Made by a program: the position numbers and the translations under genes
Notes under the pieces: generated by a model
Told to the model about the DNA's origin: nothing
The model's input: the letters and a program-made list of their open reading frames with translations, nothing else
Databases searched by the model: none
Source: a virus
Direction: 5' to 3' (one strand)
DNA length: 64,000 nt
IMG/VR virus record: IMGVR_UViG_3300042445_001170
Location: 48,168-112,167 of that record
In this document: positions 1 through 9,040 of the stretch, in pieces
How positions within the stretch are numbered: the first letter of the stretch is position 1
Layout: the number at the start of each line of letters is the position of its first letter

Positions 1-1
1 C

Positions 2-1966
2 GGTAGCTTTTTTAGCATCTTCAATTGCTTTATCTTTAGCTGCCTGCTCTGCTTCTTTAGCTGCTTTTTCTGCTGCTATCTTGTCCTCAGCTGCCTGCTT
101 TTTATCTGCTTCTGCTTTAGCGTTAGCTTCTTCTTGTGCTTTCTTTTCTGCTTCTGCCTTTGCTATTGCTTCTTCATTAGCCTTCTTTTCCGCTTCTAGC
201 TTAGCATCAGCCTCTGCTTTTTCTTTTGCAGCCTGCTCTGCAGCTAATTTTTCTGCTTCTGCTTTCTCAGCATCAGCTTTTGCTTGAGCATCTTTTTCTG
301 CTTGAATTCTTGCTTCTTCTTCTGCTTTAGCTTTTGCAGCTTCTGCTTCTTTTGCAGCTTGCTCTGCAGCTATACGTGCATCTTCTGCAGCTTTAGCTTC
401 TGCTGCTGCCTTTTCTTGTGCAGCTTTTTGTGCAGCAATTGCTGCTTCTGCTGCAATTCTATTTGCTTCAGCTTGTGCTGCTAACTCTGCTGCTCTTGCT
501 GCTCTTGCTTCTGCTGCTGCAGCTTCTTGAGCTGCTTGGGCTGCTGCTTCTTCTGCAGCTCTTTGTGCAGCTAACGCTGCTGCTGCAGCTGCTGCTTGCG
601 CTGCTGCTTGTTGCTCTGCATAATAATTTGTAGTAACCTGAGCAGCATTTGTCATTGCAGTTACTGCTTCATCAACCTTTGTTGCTGCTGTATTTGCAAG
701 AGTATTTGCCGCTTGAACTGTTGCTGTTGCAGTTTCTGTTAGCTGAGTTAATGTAACCACCTCAACTGCTTTAACTTCAGTCTTATCAACAACTACTGCC
801 TCTGCTGCAGTTTTTTGAGTAGTTAACGTATTAAGAACTGTAGTGTCATTATTAAGAGTTGTTTGTGCTGTAGCAACCGCTGCAACCAACACTGGATCTT
901 TTGTTATTATTGTAGTTGCAAATGCTCCCTGTGTTGGGGTTGTGAAATATCCAGTTCCATCTGCTCTTGTTATTCCATAACCAAGTATGACCTGTGATCC
1001 TCCACCGTTTTCGTAATACCAGATTACAAAGTCCTGCTGCTTATCTGTAGTTGTATTGTAAGTTGGAGAATACTGACTCCAGCCACCACCCTTATCAATC
1101 CACTCATTTATTGCAAGCTGTCCATCTATATACATCTTTGCGCCATCGTCTGAATGTATGGCATACTTTACTGCCACGGCTTCTTCTGGAACAGTAATAG
1201 TTCCTTCAAATTTAACAATTACATTATCTACCCGTCCAGAGTTAAGAACTTGTCCACTGCCAAAAGTATGAGCAACATATGGAACTGTAGTAGTTGAAAG
1301 CGGTGTAGCATTTTCTGCTGGGATAGCTGGAGATGCACCTCCAGGTGAGGCATAAGTTGTTGCATTAACCCCATTGGTTGTTGTCTCTACAGCTGAATTA
1401 TCTGCAGCAGTTTGAGCTGCAGTTAAATTAACCACGTCTGTGGCAACCACAGCAGTTTGCGATTCAACCTGTTGAGTAACTGTATTTAAATTAGTTTGAG
1501 CAGTATTAAGATTTGTTGTCGCCTGTGCAACTACTGCAGTTTGTGATTCAACTGCTACCTGAGCTGTTGCTGCAACTGTTACAGCTGTTGTGGCAGACTC
1601 TATTGCTGTTGTGGCTTCTTGAACCTTGACTGTAGCATCTGCAACTGCTGTTGCAATAGGTTCTTGTGTTGTAGCAATTGTTGCTGCCTGTTGAGGTGTT
1701 GTGTCAGGAACATTTGCTTGAACTGTTGCTATGATCGCATTGCCTTGAGTCTGAGCTGCTGCCTGCAATGTATCTGCTGCTGCTTCAACCTTATCTGCAA
1801 CTATCTCAACTGTAATAGGAGTGGTTGCTGTGGCGGTATCTGAAGAAGGATTTGCTGGAGTTACTTGAACTGTTGGCTCATCAGCATTTGCTATACTGGG
1901 CCCAAAAAGGAAAAGCCAGCCGATAATAAAAAGGCTGGTTAAAAAATACTGTAACTTTCTAGTCAA
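2..1966 (-). CDS. Secreted/surface protein: signal peptide, Ala/Thr/Gln-rich stalk, PA14 domain, TolA-like Ala/Glu/Lys coiled coil (3' end runs off the window)
   Basis: Not in the ORF track; translated by hand from TTG at 1966 (AGGAG 7 nt upstream). MTRKLQYFLTSLFIIGWLFLFGPSIANA is a signal-peptide-like N-terminus. PA14 motifs: VKFEGTITVP, HSDDGAKMYIDGQLAINEW, WYYENGGG. AAEK/AAQE-type repeats continue to position 2. Confidence 0.8.
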   Translation of the reverse strand, partial: MTRKLQYFLTSLFIIGWLFLFGPSIANADEPTVQVTPANPSSDTATATTPITVEIVADKVEAAADTLQAAAQTQGNAIIATVQANVPDTTPQQAATIATTQEPIATAVADATVKVQEATTAIESATTAVTVAATAQVAVESQTAVVAQATTNLNTAQTNLNTVTQQVESQTAVVATDVVNLTAAQTAADNSAVETTTNGVNATTYASPGGASPAIPAENATPLSTTTVPYVAHTFGSGQVLNSGRVDNVIVKFEGTITVPEEAVAVKYAIHSDDGAKMYIDGQLAINEWIDKGGGWSQYSPTYNTTTDKQQDFVIWYYENGGGSQVILGYGITRADGTGYFTTPTQGAFATTIITKDPVLVAAVATAQTTLNNDTTVLNTLTTQKTAAEAVVVDKTEVKAVEVVTLTQLTETATATVQAANTLANTAATKVDEAVTAMTNAAQVTTNYYAEQQAAAQAAAAAAALAAQRAAEEAAAQAAQEAAAAEARAARAAELAAQAEANRIAAEAAIAAQKAAQEKAAAEAKAAEDARIAAEQAAKEAEAAKAKAEEEARIQAEKDAQAKADAEKAEAEKLAAEQAAKEKAEADAKLEAEKKANEEAIAKAEAEKKAQEEANAKAEADKKQAAEDKIAAEKAAKEAEQAAKDKAIEDAKKAT

Positions 1967-2032
1967 TTAGGATCTCCTAAGTAATGCAATATTTTTGCTT
2001 ACTTAGTAATTATAGCAGAATGTTAGTTTAAA

Positions 2033-2221
2033 CTACTTAGGATTATCTGTTTTATAAAATCCATTACCTTTAAACTGTATGCCAAATGGTGTAAAGTGTC
2101 TAGTCATTTCAGACTCGCATTCTACACATGTATATCCTGGATCGTCATCAACAATAGACCTATGCACTGACATTGTTGCATGTGCATCGTCGTATGAGCA
2201 TTTGTATTCGTATACTGGCAT
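2033..2221 (-). CDS. FmdB-family zinc-ribbon regulatory protein
   Basis: MPVYEYKC...CVEC...IQFKGNGFYKTD is the family signature. Confidence 0.85.
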   Translation of the reverse strand: MPVYEYKCSYDDAHATMSVHRSIVDDDPGYTCVECESEMTRHFTPFGIQFKGNGFYKTDNPK

Positions 2222-2275
2222 AAGATAATCCCTTAATTTTAGTAGGCAGTTTTTGGACGTACCCAGGTCTCAATG

Positions 2276-2692
2276 TTATTTGATCTTTAGTATTTTGGGT
2301 TGTTTTTCTTTAGGTAGATTTCTGATTACACGGATATGTAGCATACCGTCTTTTAGCTCTACACTTGAAACTTCCATGTATTCACTGAGTTCAAAGATCC
2401 TTGTAAACTTACGTGCAGCAATTCCTTTATGGACAACTTCTCCATCTGTTACTGACGTAATTTCTCCTGTTATCCATAGACTTCCGTCCTCAATTGATAC
2501 AGTTAGATCTTCTCTTGTGAATCCAGCAACTGCCAGCGATAGCTGGTAGTTGTCATCGTCTAGTTTTAATAAATCATACGGCGGAAAAGCTGTATTGTTT
2601 ACCTTGCTTAGACTGTTAAAACGTTCCAACTCTCGGTTGAAACCAATAAAAAATGGATCCTTGAAAAGATCCATGGCGAATTGTGTTACCAT
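2276..2692 (-). CDS. hsp20: Small heat-shock protein (Hsp20/IbpA-like)
   Basis: FPPYDL, LAVAGF, HKGIAARKFTRIF, LKDGMLHI motifs; AAGGAG RBS. Confidence 0.92.
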   Translation of the reverse strand: MVTQFAMDLFKDPFFIGFNRELERFNSLSKVNNTAFPPYDLLKLDDDNYQLSLAVAGFTREDLTVSIEDGSLWITGEITSVTDGEVVHKGIAARKFTRIFELSEYMEVSSVELKDGMLHIRVIRNLPKEKQPKILKIK

Positions 2693-2697
2693 TTTTG

Positions 2698-2712
2698 CTC
2701 CTTTTAAGCGAG
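2698..2712 (-). promoter_or_regulatory. ROSE-like RNA thermometer hairpin occluding the hsp20 RBS
   Basis: Minus strand reads CUCGCUUAAAAGGAG: UCGCU pairs with the AGGAG SD with a bulged G, as in ROSE elements. Confidence 0.55.
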
Positions 2713-2747
2713 TTAAATTAGTACCCCCTATAGGCAGGTACTGATCT

Positions 2748-2756
2748 ATTATATCA
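2748..2756 (-). promoter_or_regulatory. Extended -10 promoter for hsp20
   Basis: TGATATAAT in the intergenic region. Confidence 0.6.
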
Positions 2757-2778
2757 TTTAGACAACCAAGATTGCAAG

Positions 2779-3186
2779 TTATTTTTTAGACTTTGCTCTT
2801 GCTTTGGCAAGTGCTTCAAAGTCCTTTACTTTAGTGTCTCCCAAGTATCCCCAAGCATATCCATCTGCAATCATTTGTTCGTTTACTGATACTGTCTGGT
2901 CGTCAATAAATAGCCAACCTAAGATTCTTCCATACTTCTCGGAAGAGTCCATCTTTTCAGTTTTTATTTTTACAGACTTGGAATCCTTTAATTTATACTT
3001 TAAGTATTCCTTTGCTTCAAGCCCTAGCTTTTTTTCTGCCAGATCTTTTGTTCTTGATTCTGGCGTATCGATTCCAGCAAGTCTTACTCTAGATGCAAAT
3101 AGTATGTCAAAGCCTAGATCGATGAGGACATCAATTGTATCCCCATCGACTACACCTTCTACTTTTCTAACATAATATTCGTACAT
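2779..3186 (-). CDS. Thermonuclease (SNase-like)
   Basis: VVDGDTI, RVRLAGIDTPE, KYGRILG motifs. Confidence 0.9.
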   Translation of the reverse strand: MYEYYVRKVEGVVDGDTIDVLIDLGFDILFASRVRLAGIDTPESRTKDLAEKKLGLEAKEYLKYKLKDSKSVKIKTEKMDSSEKYGRILGWLFIDDQTVSVNEQMIADGYAWGYLGDTKVKDFEALAKARAKSKK

Positions 3187-3797
3187 TACTTAATCTTCTT
3201 AGGTGCTACTTTTTTTGCAGCTGGCTTAACTGTTGCTGCTTTCTTTACTGGTGCGGGTGCCAACTTATTTAAAAGAGGTGCATTTTCTTCTCCAGCATAT
3301 ACTGGTCTACCCCAACCAACAACTGCATTAAGTAGTTTCTTCTTGTTGTCCTTCACATACGCACGAGTTTTTTCAACACACATTCCGCCATTGCGCTGAT
3401 CTCCTTTTGCTGTTCCAGAAGTATTTCCTTCAATAACCTGAATTGTTCCGTCTCCATTATTTTTAATGCATAGACCAACATGCGAAATTCGATTTACGCC
3501 ATCATCTGGAAAATCAAAATAGATCCAGTCACCCGCCTGTGGGTCATCATTACGTGCATCTGACCAACGTCCTTCTTTCTTAAACTGATCAGAAGCTGCT
3601 ACTGTTGATGCTGACTTTGGAAACTTTGCTACACCAGCTGTGAAAGCGCACCAAGAAACGAACGATTGACACCATGGCTGGAAGTTAACCTTCATCCATG
3701 CACCATACTTTGTTTCATTGTCTTTTGGACCTTCAATTGTTCCAATTTCTTTTTTTGCAACTTCGATGATTGCCTCTAAACTTCCTTTTGCTGCCAT
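3186..3797 (-). CDS. CHAP-domain peptidoglycan hydrolase (probable endolysin)
   Basis: PWCQSFVSW (catalytic Cys), SHVG (His), IEGNT; basic Lys/Ala/Pro C-terminal tail. Confidence 0.8.
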   Translation of the reverse strand: MAAKGSLEAIIEVAKKEIGTIEGPKDNETKYGAWMKVNFQPWCQSFVSWCAFTAGVAKFPKSASTVAASDQFKKEGRWSDARNDDPQAGDWIYFDFPDDGVNRISHVGLCIKNNGDGTIQVIEGNTSGTAKGDQRNGGMCVEKTRAYVKDNKKKLLNAVVGWGRPVYAGEENAPLLNKLAPAPVKKAATVKPAAKKVAPKKIK

Positions 3798-3810
3798 TTT
3801 ATTTCTCCTA

Positions 3811-4494
3811 TTATCTACTTAGATTATTTACATGTAAAATTGATAGTGTTTCTATATTTACATGCTCTGGTACCATTAAAGCCCATCTAATTGCATCTGC
3901 TACATCTTCTGGGTTTAAACAATTATTCCTATCACGATCACCACGGCTATTTACATTGCCTGGTGCTATCTCTGTTACTCTAATATTCTTGTCAAACAAT
4001 TCAAATCTCAATATCTCTGCAAGCGCTACTTCTGCATGCTTTGCAACTGTGTAGCTGCTTCCTCCACGATAAACAAAGTGGCCTGCCATTGATGTAATTA
4101 ATACAACATTGCCTCCACCATTTTTTATCATTGATGGCGCTACAGTTTTTGTCATATTCATTGCGCCAACAACATTTAAATCATAAGCTTTTTTCCAGTT
4201 GTCAACATCATCATTTAATATGTTGTTAGGCAAATTAAATCCACCACCTGCGTTATTAACCAATGCATCTATTTTTTTGTCGTAGATATATTTACTAAAC
4301 TTTGCTACTTCTATATTATTAGTAATGTCCATTTGATAGACCTCTATATTGTCTGACTCTATGGACTTAAGCTCATCTATACTTCTTGCAATTGCTATAA
4401 CATGAAAATTATTTTCTGCAAGCAGCCTTGCTGTTGCCTTGCCTATGCCAAAGGAGGCTCCAGTCACTACTACGGTCTTCTTTAAATTTTCCAT
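3811..4494 (-). CDS. Short-chain dehydrogenase/reductase (YdfG-like)
   Basis: TGASFGIG, NNAG, YTVAK (YxxxK), IAPG. Confidence 0.9.
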   Translation of the reverse strand: MENLKKTVVVTGASFGIGKATARLLAENNFHVIAIARSIDELKSIESDNIEVYQMDITNNIEVAKFSKYIYDKKIDALVNNAGGGFNLPNNILNDDVDNWKKAYDLNVVGAMNMTKTVAPSMIKNGGGNVVLITSMAGHFVYRGGSSYTVAKHAEVALAEILRFELFDKNIRVTEIAPGNVNSRGDRDRNNCLNPEDVADAIRWALMVPEHVNIETLSILHVNNLSR

Positions 4495-4523
4495 AAATCC
4501 CAGTATACCATTTCTATTAATTA

Positions 4524-5270
4524 TTATATAGTCTTTGCTATATGCTTGACTATCTTTTCATAGTACTTTTGAGTCATATGGTCATTTAATAAAATCTTTA
4601 AAGGTTTTTTAGGCTGCATGTATGGCTCAATCATGTCTGTACCTAGTATTTCGTCTACCCTTATAGGGGCCTCCAGCCCTCTTTCTAAGCATTGTTTTCT
4701 AAGCTCCTCTACAAACACTAGGTGCTGTTCATATCTCCGCTCAAACTCAATGTCTGGGTCACTTGAATTTATTCTCCACCCATTAGTTATGATGCATATA
4801 AACTGTGGCAGTGGTTCCATAAATACTATACGGCATTTATCAAACTTATTTAAAACATTATCCATGTATTGAGATACTACATCTGCAGCAGATTTATAAT
4901 TATTTAGATGTGTTTGTGGTAGCCAATTTCTAATGTCTATGTATCCAAGCCAAGGTATAACAACATTTCCATCCTGATTCCAATTATCAAGAATATATTT
5001 CTGTGTTCCGCTTGCAAAGTTTTCAAAATCATAATTAAGGGCAGATCGTCCTGGATGTGAGGACATCCATATTTTTATATCTGAGTCTTCATACATTCTT
5101 AATGAGTCTCTAAGCCAAACTTCGTTACCGTTTTCTATGTATCTGGTTACGTAATTCTGATCGGAGTCTTTAAACTCCAACGCAACGTTCTCTCTAAGAA
5201 AAACATCTGGCACACAGTTGCCAAGCTTTGCTGTGTGTGAGTCTCCAACTATTAATATATTTCTCATCAT
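4524..5270 (-). CDS. Hypothetical protein, possibly SGNH/GDSL-like
   Basis: N-terminal ILIVGDSH, central GYIDIR, C-terminal NDH. Confidence 0.5.
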   Translation of the reverse strand: MMRNILIVGDSHTAKLGNCVPDVFLRENVALEFKDSDQNYVTRYIENGNEVWLRDSLRMYEDSDIKIWMSSHPGRSALNYDFENFASGTQKYILDNWNQDGNVVIPWLGYIDIRNWLPQTHLNNYKSAADVVSQYMDNVLNKFDKCRIVFMEPLPQFICIITNGWRINSSDPDIEFERRYEQHLVFVEELRKQCLERGLEAPIRVDEILGTDMIEPYMQPKKPLKILLNDHMTQKYYEKIVKHIAKTI

Positions 5271-5290
5271 ATCTCCATTATACTATTTTG

Positions 5291-5363
5291 TGTCCCCAGA
5301 TGGTATCGAACCATCGACCCGCAGATTAAAAGTCTGCTGCTCTACCAGCTGAGCTATAGGAAC
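5291..5363 (-). tRNA. tRNA-Lys(UUU)
   Basis: Acceptor GTTCCTA/TGGGGAC; anticodon arm GCAGA-CTTTTAA-TCTGC; T loop GTTCGA; no encoded CCA. Confidence 0.93.
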
Positions 5364-5364
5364 G

Positions 5365-5436
5365 TACCCCTGGCTGGGATCGAACCAGCGACCTACAGAT
5401 TAGAAGTCTGTTGCTCTTCCGCTGAGCTACAAAGGT
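5365..5436 (-). tRNA. tRNA-Arg(UCU)
   Basis: Acceptor ACCTTTG/CAGGGGT; anticodon arm ACAGA-CTTCTAA-TCTGT; T loop GTTCGA. Confidence 0.92.
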
Positions 5437-5437
5437 G

Positions 5438-5511
5438 TGCAACAGGTAGGACTTGAACCTACGATTACCGAATTATGAGTTCGGGGCTTTAACCAACTAA
5501 GCTACTGTTGC
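5438..5511 (-). tRNA. tRNA with CAU anticodon (probably Ile2, possibly elongator Met)
   Basis: Acceptor GCAACAG/CTGTTGC; anticodon arm CCGAA-CTCATAA-TTCGG. Lacks initiator hallmarks (no three G-C pairs in the anticodon stem; 1:72 is paired). Confidence 0.88.
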
Positions 5512-5536
5512 CTAGTTGAAAGTATACCTAATATAC

Positions 5537-5770
5537 TTAATTTTTGTCAATAGATTGTTCGACTATTTGCTGCACATACTCAGAAAAATGTTTTCTAATT
5601 GATCCCATTGGTCTTGACCCAAAAGACTCCCAGAGTCTTTTATACTCAACAATATTTGAAAATGTTGTTGGGCACACTACAGTTCCATTATACTCCCTAA
5701 GTACGGTTGGTAGCGGAACATGCTTGCTGCAGCACTTACACTCTTTTGCTTTTTCTTGGTATTCGCTCAT
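5537..5770 (-). CDS. Small Cys-rich hypothetical protein
   Basis: Coupled to terL by an ATGA overlap; CKCC...CP. Confidence 0.7.
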   Translation of the reverse strand: MSEYQEKAKECKCCSKHVPLPTVLREYNGTVVCPTTFSNIVEYKRLWESFGSRPMGSIRKHFSEYVQQIVEQSIDKN

Positions 5771-7569
5771 ATTATTTGCATCCTGTCCATTGCTTCTCTT
5801 AAGTCTTCAGGCATTCTTGGCGCCCTAATCATATTATAACTTGTTGTTTCAGGATCATCTTTTGATCCAAAATCATTATCGTAACTCATTGATTCATATG
5901 TATGTATATTTATCTCTTGGTTATTATCAAACTTTGTTCTGCTTATTGAATTAAATATAGCGCCACATGTAGCATCTGCTAAGTCCTTAGAGCCTTTTCT
6001 TGGGTGGTCCACCCTGTCTCTCATAATTCTAAGCTGGCAGAGTTCGTCAATAAGCAAAGGTATATGTGGGCCAATCAATCTTTCTTCCGCAACGATCATA
6101 GCCATATCATCATAATGTTTTTTAGCGACAGACAGAATCTCTGTATTGATGCCATATTGTTTTAGTTGTTGCATCATATCATGAGAGTTCCATCTGTCAA
6201 AGGTACATACTGCTATATTGAATCCCCTTGTTTTAAGAGACAGAATATAGTCTTTTACTTCAGTAAAATCTACAGATTTATCTGGGGTCGGGGTCCAGTA
6301 TCTAACAGCGTCAATCTCCACAATTGGAGCAGGCTGTGAATATGTGTCTGTTACTTTAACATTGACCCACCTATTAACGTGTGCCATAGTAACGGCACAA
6401 TGGTCATGCTTCTGCGCTAAGTCTACATGGATATAATATTTTTTATCTGGGTCTGGAAGAAACCACTCCTCCAGTCTTCCAAATGTATCTACTGCTATTT
6501 GTCCTACGCTAAAAGCTTTTTCTACTTTTTCTCTTGATTTAAAAAATGCATCAACTGCGTCAGGTGGCATGCAAGCAAATCTTGATAAAGCGTCTGTTGG
6601 GTTTGTATAGAAGGCTGTCTTAAAGTCATCAATTTTTCTAACTGGGTTGATCTCCCAAGTCGGGCGCTTAATAGCATATACTTTAGGTATCTTGTAAGAT
6701 ATGATATGGTCTTCTTCCCACTGTATTTCAAACTCATTGCCATCCGTCCCATCAGGAATCTCTTCATACATTTTAAACTTATGTTCCCTGATTACCGTTT
6801 CCTTTTCGCCAATTACAGCATCATATCTTTGCTGAATATAATCATTCTTAAATCTAGGAAATGAAAGCAATATAACTTTGCCAAAATCTGGGAAACGTGA
6901 GTCAACGGATGCCCTGTACATGTCATAAACTGCACTACCAGTTTTTGCTTGATCATGGCCAGTTGTATTTTCAATTGCAAATCCAGATATCTCGTCAAGA
7001 ATAACAACTATAACGTTGTATCCTTCCCACGCCTCTCTTTCCGAGTGCCCAGAGTGAACTGTGATTGCCTTGTCAAACTGTATTTCAGATGCCTTTGCAT
7101 AGTATTTACCAACAAACCATGGAGACTTGTCTATTCGGCTTCTAAAGCCTTTAAAAAACACATTGCTTGCTTGCTGCGAGTTTATAGCAATATTAATTAT
7201 ATCAATTGAGTCACCAGGAGGCTTGCCATAATATGTTGCTGGGTCTTTTAAACATAGTAGTAAATAAACTATGTAGGCTACAGCAATTGTTGAGCAATAA
7301 TCTTTTCCAGAGCCTTTACCTAATTGTGCTACAACTTCATTAGCGGTTTGTTTAAATCTAATAGCACCTTCTTCTTCACCAAATAATTTTTTTAGCGTAG
7401 ACTCTTTATAAATCTGAGAGCTTTTTTCAATTAAAGTATACTGATACTCTGATAGGGGCGGCAAGCCCAAGTAGTTTGGATCATTTACAAATGTCCTTAA
7501 ATCTACTGGCTTTTCTTCAAACTCTTCACCGTCCAGAATATCTATTAAGTCAGAAAAATCAAAGGTCAT
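5767..7569 (-). CDS. terL: Terminase large subunit
   Basis: Walker A-like GKGSGKD, Walker B VILDE, nuclease motifs HVDLA...FDRW...KDLADA. Confidence 0.9.
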   Translation of the reverse strand: MTFDFSDLIDILDGEEFEEKPVDLRTFVNDPNYLGLPPLSEYQYTLIEKSSQIYKESTLKKLFGEEEGAIRFKQTANEVVAQLGKGSGKDYCSTIAVAYIVYLLLCLKDPATYYGKPPGDSIDIINIAINSQQASNVFFKGFRSRIDKSPWFVGKYYAKASEIQFDKAITVHSGHSEREAWEGYNVIVVILDEISGFAIENTTGHDQAKTGSAVYDMYRASVDSRFPDFGKVILLSFPRFKNDYIQQRYDAVIGEKETVIREHKFKMYEEIPDGTDGNEFEIQWEEDHIISYKIPKVYAIKRPTWEINPVRKIDDFKTAFYTNPTDALSRFACMPPDAVDAFFKSREKVEKAFSVGQIAVDTFGRLEEWFLPDPDKKYYIHVDLAQKHDHCAVTMAHVNRWVNVKVTDTYSQPAPIVEIDAVRYWTPTPDKSVDFTEVKDYILSLKTRGFNIAVCTFDRWNSHDMMQQLKQYGINTEILSVAKKHYDDMAMIVAEERLIGPHIPLLIDELCQLRIMRDRVDHPRKGSKDLADATCGAIFNSISRTKFDNNQEINIHTYESMSYDNDFGSKDDPETTSYNMIRAPRMPEDLREAMDRMQII

Positions 7570-8159
7570 TTTACACCCAATGGGACATCAATATATACAA
7601 AAATTTTATTAGAGTGTGTATATCTTATATCACTCTCTAAGGCCAGCACCTCATGAGATATGTCTGATCTATGAATTAGCATATCACCCTTTTCTGGTTT
7701 GTATTGCATTCCAATCTCTGGGTACGATATCTCTGCGCCATCATAATCATTAAAATAAAATATAACGCCATGGGTAGTATATTCAGCTGGGTATACGGTA
7801 TCGCCCTCTTTTACACTTAAGTTAGCTTCAAGCAAATGAATTGAGTCATGGTTATCTTTATGAAGATTCCATGTCTGGCCTTTTATAAATTTTACAAGGC
7901 TAAGGTTTTCTCCAAGATAAAAATCTTTTTTTAAAATAGATTTTAAATGGTTGTGCACTGGGAGTAAATGGCTTATTTGTTTCTTGGTAGATTTATACCA
8001 ATCTCTTTCAAACCACATGTTGTCTGGGACGCTACTTGCAACACCAGTAATAGAATCACAATCCTGATCAGAAATAAATTTTTTATACACCCATATGCCA
8101 TCACTTAATTTTTTAAAATTGTCTACGCTTGCAGAAAATGGAAATGTATTAGACAGCAT
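7566..8159 (-). CDS. 2OG-Fe(II) oxygenase (P4H-like), between the terminase genes
   Basis: HKD...YFNDYDGAEI...HEV...RY. Confidence 0.8.
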   Translation of the reverse strand: MLSNTFPFSASVDNFKKLSDGIWVYKKFISDQDCDSITGVASSVPDNMWFERDWYKSTKKQISHLLPVHNHLKSILKKDFYLGENLSLVKFIKGQTWNLHKDNHDSIHLLEANLSVKEGDTVYPAEYTTHGVIFYFNDYDGAEISYPEIGMQYKPEKGDMLIHRSDISHEVLALESDIRYTHSNKIFVYIDVPLGVK

Positions 8160-8685
8160 CTGACTCGTGAATCAGAACGCTCTCAACAATACCTGTTATT
8201 TGAGATAATCTTTTTGCAACATCTAGTTTGCATTTAGGGCACCCAGCAGTCACTTCTTTTAGGATTCCAACAAGGATGTCTTGCTTCCTTTCAGTTTCGG
8301 CAATTTGAGATGCAATCTGAGTATTCTCAAGAACTCCGACTGACTGTAGCATTGCTATTCTTTTTGTTTCAATGTCTGCAATTAATTTAAGGGCGCCAGC
8401 CTTTACACTAAGCTGTCCCTGTGTATCAGCATCTTCTACTGTTTTCCAGGCTTCTTTAATTAACATTGCATAATGCTCATCCGCACCAGATATTGCCTCT
8501 CTTGCACGGTCTCTTAAGTTGGTATCATTATGGACCACGGACTTCCATTCATCAACATACTCAAGAACCTCTTTTCTAGAGAATCCAGTAAGTGTTGCTA
8601 TTTGTGTTGCCGAGTTACCCTTTAATAATTCCTGAACAACCTTGTTCATTCTGTCAAAGTGTACGGCAGGCTCTAATTCGCTCAT
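8149..8685 (-). CDS. HTH protein, probable terminase small subunit
   Basis: N-terminal HTH (SATQIATLTGFSRKEV), helical body, position upstream of terL. Confidence 0.6.
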   Translation of the reverse strand: MSELEPAVHFDRMNKVVQELLKGNSATQIATLTGFSRKEVLEYVDEWKSVVHNDTNLRDRAREAISGADEHYAMLIKEAWKTVEDADTQGQLSVKAGALKLIADIETKRIAMLQSVGVLENTQIASQIAETERKQDILVGILKEVTAGCPKCKLDVAKRLSQITGIVESVLIHESDAV

Positions 8686-8691
8686 ATATAA

Positions 8692-8700
8692 ATTATACCA
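8692..8700 (-). promoter_or_regulatory. Extended -10 promoter, leaderless
   Basis: TGGTATAAT 6 nt upstream of the ATG at 8685. Confidence 0.7.
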
Positions 8701-8712
8701 TGTTTTAGTTGA

Positions 8713-9039
8713 CTAAGACTTATTGGCAATTTTAAGAAGAATCAGATACCCAATTAAATCATCTATGTCATTATCTCCTGGAAAAGCTTGATCATTTTGA
8801 ATCCTATTTAGCTTATCATCAATACGAACTCTAATCTGCTCTGTTGAATCCGCCTTTGAAAATATACGGATTGGATCAAGAGCAGAGTTGCCATAGGACA
8901 CATTTTTTTTAATTAGCATTTCTGCCATCTCTAAGCACTCTACAATTATCTTATGTCCAGAAGGAGCATCTGTTGCTATTAGCTGTAGGTCTGTTATCCA
9001 AGCCTGGTATCCGCCAGCCTTGTTTGGATAATCTGTCAT
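8713..9039 (-). CDS. DUF1599/Nmad1-like nucleotide-modification-associated protein
   Basis: KKNVSYGNS...RIDDKLNRI...DLIGY pattern. Confidence 0.65.
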   Translation of the reverse strand: MTDYPNKAGGYQAWITDLQLIATDAPSGHKIIVECLEMAEMLIKKNVSYGNSALDPIRIFSKADSTEQIRVRIDDKLNRIQNDQAFPGDNDIDDLIGYLILLKIANKS

Positions 9040-9040
9040 T

